Shown here: in pieces, positions 6,581 to 13,344 of the stretch
How positions within the stretch are numbered: position 1 is the stretch's first letter
Layout: the number at the start of each line of letters is the position of its first letter
Assembly (NCBI GenBank): GCA_046483495.1
Contig: JAWODC010000059.1
Span: forward strand, 1-13,344
Direction of reading: 5' to 3'
Origin: Desulfobacterales bacterium
Lineage (GTDB): Bacteria; Desulfobacterota; Desulfobacteria; Desulfobacterales; UBA5616
DNA: 13,344 bases
Notes under the pieces: generated by a model
Databases searched by the model: none
The model's input: the letters and a program-made list of their open reading frames with translations, nothing else
What the model was told of the DNA's origin: nothing
Translations under genes and position numbers: made by a program

Positions 6581-8797
6581 ATGGCCATAAAGAAAACAGC
6601 CTGCGTATTGTGCGGCAATCAGTGTGGACTTGAAGTTCATGTCGAAAACAATAAAATCGTAAAGGTGCGCGGAGACAAGGACAGCCCGTTCAGTGAAGGC
6701 TATATATGCAGAAAAGGGGTGAGCGTCGCTTACCATCAACACAACAAAGACAGGGTGCTTTTTCCACTCAAGAAGGTGGGAAGTCAATTCAAGCGGGTCT
6801 CCTGGGATCAGGCTGTCGGTGAGATAGCCGAAAAACTTAAAGAGATCCTGGGCCGGCACGGGCCCCGCACGTTGGCCTCACTGGTCGGCGGCGGCGAGTT
6901 CGCTTTTTTAAGCGCATCCTACCCGATTCGCCTGGTTCGGCAACTCGGTTCGAGATGGAACTACTCCGCGGCCAACCAGGAGTTTTCCGGCAGGTATTGG
7001 GCACACGGCCTGACGTTGGGAAATCAGTCCATCCAGCTGATGGATGATTTCGAGAATTGCAATATGCTGATGCTGGTTGGAAAGAATCCCATGATGAGTC
7101 ATCATTTCCCGCAGGCGCGTCGCAAACTGTCGAAGATGTCCAGAGATCCGGACCGGCTTCTGGTCGTCGTGGACCCGCGGCTTTCCGAAACCGCCAAAAT
7201 CGCCGATATTCATCTGGCGATCCGTCCCGGTACGGATGCCCTCTTCATCAAGTCCATGATCGCCGTCATTCTCAACGAAGGGCTTCACGATGAGGCATAT
7301 ATCGCCGAACATACGGATGGGTTCAACGAGGTCGTGCCCTGGTTTTCCGGTTTTGACATAAAGGCGGCGCTTAATTTATGTGAACTCGAGTATGATAAGG
7401 TGGTCAGCGTCTGCCGGGAATTTTCCACGCGCCGTTCATGCATCGTGGATGATCTCGGCATCCTGATGAACAGACATAGTGCGCTTGTGTCTTATTTGCT
7501 GGTCGTTTTACAGGCCGTTTGCGGACGGATCGGTATGCCGGGAGGGAATTATCTGCCCAAAGCGGGATACCGGAACCCGCGGGACCCGGGGGTGTGGCGA
7601 ACCCTGTTGACGAATATTCCCGCCATCAACGGCACTTTTCCGCCCAATGTTTTACCGGAAGAAATTCTTAACGATCATCCGGAGCGGATCAGGGCCCTGC
7701 TCACCTATGCTTCGAACCCATTACGCTCATACGCCGACACCACGGCCTATGAGAGCGCCTTTCAAAAGCTCGATCTGCTGGTAGTTGCCGACATCGCCAT
7801 GAGCGAGACGGCTGCCCTGGCCCATTATGTGCTCCCCTGTAAGACCGCTTTCGAGTCCTGGGAGGGGCACCCCGGTATGGGGTTATCGAAAATATACGCC
7901 CGGATGAGGCCTCCGGTGGTGGACGCGGAGGGAGAACAGAAAGAAAACGCGGAGATATTTACGATGATTGCTGATGCCATGGGGCTGGTTCCCCCAATAC
8001 CGGAAGCTGTTTACGAAACCGCCGAAAGCGGCGACCTCAAAGCATACGGGCGGCAGTTAGGAGAATATCTGACGGCCAACCCGGAAAGCGGGAAATCCGT
8101 GCACTTCATCATAGCAAAAACACTGGGCCGTGCAATGGGCTCGGCGCATCTGGCCGGTATCTTCCCCTTATTTATGCAGTTATCCAAAGATCGCCGAAAG
8201 GAGGCTGAACGAGCGGGGTTTCCTGTTGGACCGGACCAGGGGCTTTCCATGTACCAGGCCATCATGAACCATCCGGAAGGTGTCTTGGTCGGCATCCGCG
8301 ATCCCGGGAAAAATTTGGAGGGCATACCGACACCGAGCAGGAAAATTGAACTTTATAGTCCGGAAGTGGATGAATGGATCAGGGAAATAAATCCAACGGA
8401 AGAAACGGAACAGCTGAAGCGTGATGGAGAATACCCTCTCCTAATGATGGCGGGCCGGCACATGGACTACAATTCCAATACCAATATGAGAGACCCTGAA
8501 TGGAATAAGGGCAAAAGAGCATGCACCCTGGCCATTAATCCCGCCGATGCGCAAACCCTCGAAATCATCGACAAGCAGATGGTGAAGGTCGTCACGGAAG
8601 CGGGCGAGGAAACCATCGAAGCCGAAATCACCGCAGATACGAGACAGGGCCTTGTCCTCTTCCCGCACGGATTCGGGATGGTCTATGACGGTGTTACCTA
8701 TGGTGCCAATGTGAACCGGTTGACAAAAAACACGAACCGCGACTTTGTCGGAACCCCCATGCACCGTTATGTTCCCTGCCGTGTGGAGGTCGTTTAA
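6581..8797 (+). CDS. Molybdopterin (bis-PGD, DMSO reductase superfamily) oxidoreductase catalytic subunit, cytoplasmic
   Basis: N-terminal [4Fe-4S] motif CVLCGNQC...GYICRKG. Motifs VVVDPRLSETAKIAD.HL.IRPGTD and SETAALAHYVLP. C-terminal dinucleotide-binding domain INPADA...V.V.TEAG...PHGFG...GANVN.LT. No Tat signal. Confidence 0.93.
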   Translation: MAIKKTACVLCGNQCGLEVHVENNKIVKVRGDKDSPFSEGYICRKGVSVAYHQHNKDRVLFPLKKVGSQFKRVSWDQAVGEIAEKLKEILGRHGPRTLASLVGGGEFAFLSASYPIRLVRQLGSRWNYSAANQEFSGRYWAHGLTLGNQSIQLMDDFENCNMLMLVGKNPMMSHHFPQARRKLSKMSRDPDRLLVVVDPRLSETAKIADIHLAIRPGTDALFIKSMIAVILNEGLHDEAYIAEHTDGFNEVVPWFSGFDIKAALNLCELEYDKVVSVCREFSTRRSCIVDDLGILMNRHSALVSYLLVVLQAVCGRIGMPGGNYLPKAGYRNPRDPGVWRTLLTNIPAINGTFPPNVLPEEILNDHPERIRALLTYASNPLRSYADTTAYESAFQKLDLLVVADIAMSETAALAHYVLPCKTAFESWEGHPGMGLSKIYARMRPPVVDAEGEQKENAEIFTMIADAMGLVPPIPEAVYETAESGDLKAYGRQLGEYLTANPESGKSVHFIIAKTLGRAMGSAHLAGIFPLFMQLSKDRRKEAERAGFPVGPDQGLSMYQAIMNHPEGVLVGIRDPGKNLEGIPTPSRKIELYSPEVDEWIREINPTEETEQLKRDGEYPLLMMAGRHMDYNSNTNMRDPEWNKGKRACTLAINPADAQTLEIIDKQMVKVVTEAGEETIEAEITADTRQGLVLFPHGFGMVYDGVTYGANVNRLTKNTNRDFVGTPMHRYVPCRVEVV

Positions 8798-8798
8798 A

Positions 8799-10439
8799 AT
8801 GGCAATGACTTCAGAGACCATACGCGATTTTACATTGGATCAATACATCGAGAAAATAAAGGACTTTCACGGGCATGTGGCCCCCGGCATGGTTTTGGGC
8901 GGGTTCATGGTGGATTTGGCCTATCGCCATTTGCCGGCCGGCGAATTGTTCGATGCCGTCTGTGAAACGCGGGCCTGCCTTCCTGATGCCATACAAATTC
9001 TAACCCCCTGTACGGTGGGTAACGGATGGTTGAAGATCGTGAACCTGGGCCGCTATGCGCTGTCGTTTTTCGAGAAGTATTCGGGGCAAGGGATTCGCGT
9101 GTACGTGGACCGGGAAAAGCTTTTGAGATGGCCGGAAATCGATACATTCTTTTTTAAGTTAAAGCCTAAAAAGGAACAGGACTTCAATGCATTGACGGCT
9201 GAAATCGTCAGGGCGCATACATCCATTTTCGGTACGGAAGAAGTGGTGGTCGATTTGGCTTTTGTTCGTTCTCACAGCCGGGGGGATTTTGCCGTGTGCC
9301 CGTTGTGCGGCGAGGGATATCCGGCGGATGACGGCAACATGTGTCTGGGATGCCGGGGAGGCGCACCGTATGTATCTCCCGGCGGTCCAAAAGAAACCGC
9401 AATGCCCTCGTTGACGGCCATACCCGTTGAAATGGCCCGGGGGCGACATGTACTTCATGACATGACCCGAATCATCCCCGGAAAGGAAAAAGGCGCAGCA
9501 TTCAAGCGGTTTCAGGAGATCGGAGGCGGAGACATCTGCCGCCTTCAGAAACTCGGGCGTCAGAATGTCTATACCATGGAAGACAATCCCATCGATTCGG
9601 ACTGGGTTCACGAAGATGAAGCAGCCGGGGCCTTTGCTTCCGCCATGGCCGGAACCGGTGTCCTCCATACCGAAAATCCCAGTGAAGGCAAGGTCGAATT
9701 CTTTGCCGAATACGACGGCATGCTGGTCATCGATAAAGACCTGATGGCCGTTTTTAACACGATTCCCGGAGTAAGCTGCGCCGCCCGTCACGGCTTTACC
9801 CTGGTAAAAAAGGGAGACAAGCTTGCCGGTACCCGGGCGATTCCGCTGTTTTTGCCGAGGAACGATTTTAGAAAAGCTATGACCGTTCTCGGGAATAAAA
9901 CGCTGTTCCAGGTTGTCCCCCTGAGGAAGGCAAAAGCAGGTATCCTGGTAACGGGAACCGAGGTGTTCAGGGGGCTGGTGGAGGACCGGTTCGTACCGAT
10001 TATCCGTGAAAAGGTCGAAGCTTACGGCTGCAGCGTCATAAAAACGGCAATCGTTCCCGACGATCGTCAGGCGATTTCCGATGAAGTCACCCGCATGGTG
10101 GGGTCGGGTGTGGACCTTTTGATCACCACCGCCGGTCTGTCCGTGGATCCGGATGATGTCACCCGGCTGGGGCTGCTGGATGCCGGCGTCACCGATATGC
10201 TTTACGGTACGCCGATTTTACCGGGCAATATGACCCTTATCGCCCGTATAGGAAAAGCGCAGGTTATGGGTGTGCCGGGCTGTGCCCTTTACCACAAAAT
10301 CACCAGCCTGGATCTGCTGCTGCCCCGATTGCTCGCAGGTGTCGCCATTACCCGAAAAGACATGGCGGTCATGGGGAACGGCGGCATGTGTCTCGATTGC
10401 GATACATGCATTTTCCCCCGTTGTGGGTTCGGGAAATAG
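8799..10439 (+). CDS. FmdE-domain / zinc finger / MoeA-like molybdopterin-binding fusion protein
   Basis: GGAGGT lies 8 nt before the ATG at 8799, 1 nt after the upstream stop. FmdE motifs FHGHVAPG and CLPDAIQILTPCTVGNG; zinc finger CPLCGE...CLGC; MoCF_biosynth motifs ILVTGTEV, IVPDD, TAGLSVDPDDVT and PILPG; C-terminal CLDCDTCIFPRC. Confidence 0.88.
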   Translation: MAMTSETIRDFTLDQYIEKIKDFHGHVAPGMVLGGFMVDLAYRHLPAGELFDAVCETRACLPDAIQILTPCTVGNGWLKIVNLGRYALSFFEKYSGQGIRVYVDREKLLRWPEIDTFFFKLKPKKEQDFNALTAEIVRAHTSIFGTEEVVVDLAFVRSHSRGDFAVCPLCGEGYPADDGNMCLGCRGGAPYVSPGGPKETAMPSLTAIPVEMARGRHVLHDMTRIIPGKEKGAAFKRFQEIGGGDICRLQKLGRQNVYTMEDNPIDSDWVHEDEAAGAFASAMAGTGVLHTENPSEGKVEFFAEYDGMLVIDKDLMAVFNTIPGVSCAARHGFTLVKKGDKLAGTRAIPLFLPRNDFRKAMTVLGNKTLFQVVPLRKAKAGILVTGTEVFRGLVEDRFVPIIREKVEAYGCSVIKTAIVPDDRQAISDEVTRMVGSGVDLLITTAGLSVDPDDVTRLGLLDAGVTDMLYGTPILPGNMTLIARIGKAQVMGVPGCALYHKITSLDLLLPRLLAGVAITRKDMAVMGNGGMCLDCDTCIFPRCGFGK

Positions 10440-10441
10440 AC

Positions 10442-10870
10442 TCAGCTTCCGGTGGATGGAAACAGGGTCACCCATGTCAATTCAGGCCTGCAGTTTATCC
10501 GAACGGGGAGGGCGCTGAAACCGATGCCGCGGTTGACGTACAGATGGTTGCCGGGCCGGCCGAAATCCGTAATCCAGCCGTCCGTGTGAACGTCGTCTCC
10601 TTTTACAAAGGTCAGCCAGCTCCATGAAGGCAGTCCGGGCACTCGGATTTGTCCCCCATGCGTATGGCCGGCGAGCGCCATGGGGGCTGTTTCCGCCGGG
10701 AACTGTTTAAAGGTGTCCGGATGGTGCATGATCACGAGACGAGGGGCGTTTGGCGGAATTTGGCCAAGAGCGGCTTCGGGGCGGTCCATCTTCATCCAGT
10801 GAGAGCCTATGCCTATAAGGTAAAGGGGGGAATCGGCGGGCGCCTTGGCATCCGTTTGATACAGATGAAC
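10442..10870 (-). pseudogene. C-terminal half of a YkuE-like metallophosphoesterase
   Basis: Contains MHHPD, LAGHTHGGQIRVP and LYVNRGIGFS.LPVRINCRPE. The frame extends upstream through PLYLIGIGSHW to a TAA at 10871-10873. The N-terminal DxH, GD and GNHD metal motifs are absent. Confidence 0.8.
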
Positions 10871-11099
10871 TTAAAATGGGAATAATCATTTAGTTAAGGG
10901 GTGGGAAACCCGAAAACGGTGCACACCTGAAGATTGGCTGCCGGGTGGTATGAAAGCTGTCAGCCGGGATTAAAAGGTTTACCCTCGGACCGGATTGGTT
11001 TATAGGAAATAATCATAGCCCTCGGAGCGCTTTAATGCATCGAAATACTTGGTGTTTATCGAAGGGAGCCCGATATAACCCGACAAAAAAGGATTTTGT

Positions 11100-12767
11100 A
11101 TGGCAGGAGAAATGTTGATTAAGGGAGGTAGGGTCATCGACGGAACGGGGACGCCCGGATACGAGGCGGATGTTCTGATCAGGGACGATCTGATAAAGTC
11201 CATCGGCCCGGATATTCCTGTCAGTGATATACCGGTTGTCGAAGCAAAGGGATTGACCGTGGCACCGGGATTTATCGATGCCCATACGCATGCCGAATTT
11301 ATACTCGCATCCCCCCGATGCGGCGAATACATGGAACCGTTCGTCCGACAGGGGGTCACGACTATGGTCACGGGCAATTGCGGCGTATCTGCCGCACCGG
11401 TGAATGAATTCACCAGGCGGTTTCTCGGATCGTATTGGGACAGCCTCATGCCCGAAGAAGGCCTCTCTTTCTCCTGGTCCGGCATGGGTGAGTTTGTCGA
11501 TCACCTTCATCGTCAAAAATTGCCTGTGAACATTTGCCAGCTGGTGGGGCACGGCACGGTAAGGCTGACGGTCATGGGATGTAAATACGGATCGCCGACA
11601 TCCGATGAATTGAAGTCCATGCGCGATCTGGTCGGGCAGTCTCTTAAGGCGGGGTCCAGGGGACTTTCTTATGGTCTGACATATGTTCCTGGAATATGGG
11701 CCGATACGCATGAATTGATCGAGGTCGGGCGGGATCTCCGCACCCATAAAGGACGAATCACGGTCCACCTGAGGAGCCAGACAGAATTCATCGAGTCAGC
11801 CGTATCGGAAATGATCGAAGTCGCCCGGACTCTGAAAGTTCCGCTTCAAATATCCCACTTTGTCCCCTACAGCCTGGAGTATATCGACTCGTTTTTTAAT
11901 ACGCTTGAAATGGTCGATGATGCGCGGAATGAGGGACTGGAAATCGGCCATGACATGCTCACACCGCCGGTATCATCCACAACGGTGTGCCACCTGTACC
12001 CCGCCTGGATGTTTGAAAGCGGTTTTCCTGCATTTCTTGAACGGCTGTCGGATTTGAAACTGCGGGAAAGAATCAAAACAGAGCTGAAGGAAAAGCCGAA
12101 ATGGCCAAGCTGGAAATTTAATTGCTGGGCCGAAAACATGTGCTCGTATGTCAACGAGCAGGGCCGACCCAGCTGGACCCGTATACGATTGAGCGGCTTC
12201 AGACGGCCGGAAAACGCAGCTTTTGAATTCGCCTCCGTTGAAGAAACCGCCACCCTGCTGAAAAAAGATCCGTATGACGCACTTTTTGATTTAACCCTTT
12301 CAGAGAATGGCCGGCTGTTTTTTACAGGCTTTTCCACAGACAGCCTTGACATGGACCATCTCGACATCGCTGCAGCGCCGGTGCTCCAGCTTCCCGAATG
12401 CTCCTTTATGACGGACTCTGTAGGCATTGGCCGTGGAAGTAAAGCTGCCACCATATACGGCACATTTCCCAGGTTCGTCGGCCGGCATGTACGGGAGTTT
12501 AAAACATTTTCCCTGGAAGAGGCTGTGCGCAAATGTACATCCCTTCCAGCCGGACAATATGGACTTGCCGACCGCGGCGTATTAAGGGAAAACGCAAAAG
12601 CGGATCTGGTTATATTCGATGCAAACACCATATGTGACAATGCGACATTCACCGAGCCGTTTAAATACGCTCAGGGGATTCAGTTCGTTATCGTCAACGG
12701 AATCCCTGTATGGCAAAACGGCGAATACAAAATTCACGAAGGGCCCGGCGAGGTGATCGGTTCCTGA
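11100..12767 (+). CDS. N-acyl-D-amino-acid deacylase (D-aminoacylase) family amidohydrolase
   Basis: Motifs IKGGRVIDGTG, APGFIDAHTH, QGVTT..TGNCG, VHLRS, QISH, MTDS, YGTFPRF.G and RG.L.....ADLVIFD. An alternative start is the ATG at 11112, preceded by AGGAG. Confidence 0.92.
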   Translation: MAGEMLIKGGRVIDGTGTPGYEADVLIRDDLIKSIGPDIPVSDIPVVEAKGLTVAPGFIDAHTHAEFILASPRCGEYMEPFVRQGVTTMVTGNCGVSAAPVNEFTRRFLGSYWDSLMPEEGLSFSWSGMGEFVDHLHRQKLPVNICQLVGHGTVRLTVMGCKYGSPTSDELKSMRDLVGQSLKAGSRGLSYGLTYVPGIWADTHELIEVGRDLRTHKGRITVHLRSQTEFIESAVSEMIEVARTLKVPLQISHFVPYSLEYIDSFFNTLEMVDDARNEGLEIGHDMLTPPVSSTTVCHLYPAWMFESGFPAFLERLSDLKLRERIKTELKEKPKWPSWKFNCWAENMCSYVNEQGRPSWTRIRLSGFRRPENAAFEFASVEETATLLKKDPYDALFDLTLSENGRLFFTGFSTDSLDMDHLDIAAAPVLQLPECSFMTDSVGIGRGSKAATIYGTFPRFVGRHVREFKTFSLEEAVRKCTSLPAGQYGLADRGVLRENAKADLVIFDANTICDNATFTEPFKYAQGIQFVIVNGIPVWQNGEYKIHEGPGEVIGS

Positions 12768-12891
12768 GTCGATGAAACCGGAAGTAAATTAAGCTGATCA
12801 CGGTTTTATGAAGCGTTCGGATAAGTCCGGTAACGCGCCTGAACGAGTTTTCAAAGTTATGCAGGTTCTGCACCAACGTCTCCATATATTG

Positions 12892-12919
12892 CTATATTTC
12901 GATACTTCTAAAAATATAG
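12892..12919. promoter_or_regulatory. Candidate ArsR-family operator
   Basis: Inverted repeat CTATATTT-N12-AAATATAG, 35 nt upstream of the ArsR-like start. Confidence 0.4.
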
Positions 12920-12954
12920 TTGATTAATTCCGATATCTGGTATAAACATGGCCT

Positions 12955-13122
12955 ATGAACCTCGAAGATAATAAAGCAGCCGAGCTGCTGAATCAGCTTG
13001 GGTATGTAACCCGGCTTAAAATAGTCCGCGAGCTGGTGCGGGCAGGGCATTCCGGAATGCCGGTGGGAGAGATTCAGAAAAAGCTCAAGATTCCAAACTC
13101 CACCCTGTCACATCAGGATTAA
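12955..13122 (+). pseudogene. ArsR/SmtB-family regulator, truncated in the recognition helix
   Basis: Reads [55 protein letters not shown]. It matches the RL.I.R.LV.AG..G..VGEIQ..L.IP.STLSHHL pattern and stops at the junction near 13115. Confidence 0.85.
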
Positions 13123-13240
13123 CCAGTCTATCGTAAAAAATAATATCTGCTTTATTTAAAATGTTCTCTCCTCTGGAGGTAATTAATCTGTGATCTCCAG
13201 GTCCAGCTCCTACTAGAAATACTTTTCCTTTATTTTTCAT
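13112..13240 (-). pseudogene. cobA: N-terminal fragment of uroporphyrinogen-III C-methyltransferase (CobA/SUMT, possibly a CobA-HemD fusion)
   Basis: RBS AGGAAGGGA. Reads [43 protein letters not shown], the classic [11 protein letters not shown]...AD...YDRLV motif. It then runs into antisense arsR and stops at 13085-13087. Confidence 0.9.
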
Positions 13241-13241
13241 T

Positions 13242-13344
13242 TTAATCCCTTCCTATAGTGTTTTCTTTGATTTTTTTTATTATATCTTTACCACCGGTTT
13301 TAAGTATTATTTCCGCCATTTCTTGGCCTAAATTCTCCATTTTT
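13242..13344 (-). CDS. hemC: C-terminal end of a probable hydroxymethylbilane synthase (partial, enters from the window edge)
   Basis: Reads [33 protein letters not shown], resembling the HemC terminal helix (LG..LA..LL..G...I). It ends 1 nt before the cobA start, and hemC-cobA is the usual gene order. Confidence 0.65.
   Translation of the reverse strand, partial: KMENLGQEMAEIILKTGGKDIIKKIKENTIGRD

Noticed and set aside
4046..8797. Selenocysteine read-through in the redox genes
   Set aside because: No in-frame TGA occurs at a Cys-equivalent position; the TGA codons at 5153 and 6102 fall at natural C-termini.
6581..8797. Assignment as acetylene hydratase, formate dehydrogenase or nitrate reductase
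   Set aside because: There is no Asp after the second Fe-S Cys (CVLCG), no Cys/Sec ligand motif and none of the expected partner subunits.
10890..11000. Several small hairpins suggesting an ncRNA
   Set aside because: Stems are only 3-5 bp, with no recognisable family consensus on either strand.
12694..12885. 63-aa minus-strand ORF divergent from arsR, possibly a decayed permease start
   Set aside because: No RBS or convincing motif, and it overlaps the deacylase 3' end.
1..13344. Mobile element, CRISPR array, tRNA or rRNA; also the remaining antisense and nested ORFs in the track
   Set aside because: No transposase or integrase motifs, repeat-spacer periodicity or RNA-gene signatures were seen. 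The nested ORFs are shadows of well-supported genes.

Overview
A core of about 12.9 kb (roughly 231-13114) looks like an anaerobic Desulfobacterota-type accessory region; the taxonomy is inferred from gene families. Two compositionally alien ends of almost equal length (~230 bp) flank it. The left end (68% GC by my count) is a 5'-truncated PhzF-family gene. The right end (31% GC) is a hemC 3' end plus a truncated cobA 5' end. Both joins cut genes on both sides, which suggests chimeric or concatenated sequence. On the minus strand the core carries an acidic lipoprotein resembling a catalytically dead NlpC/P60 protein with an EF-hand-type loop, and a secreted 8-repeat DGxGG protein ending in a CFI-box-like tail. 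On the plus strand is a six-gene putative redox operon: HxlR-SCP2 regulator, HTH/Cys-rich 4Fe-4S protein, FabK/nitronate monooxygenase-like flavoenzyme lacking the usual His, CxxC CMD/AhpD protein, cytoplasmic bis-PGD Mo/W oxidoreductase with Glu at the apparent metal-ligand position, and an FmdE-Zn finger-MoeA-like fusion. A densely base-paired 75-nt spacer precedes the molybdoenzyme. Downstream are a metallophosphoesterase remnant, an N-acyl-D-amino-acid deacylase and a truncated ArsR. The best candidates for something undescribed are the operon with two atypical active sites plus its candidate cis-regulatory RNA, and the dead NlpC/P60 lipoprotein. All calls come from motif reading by eye; no searches were run.
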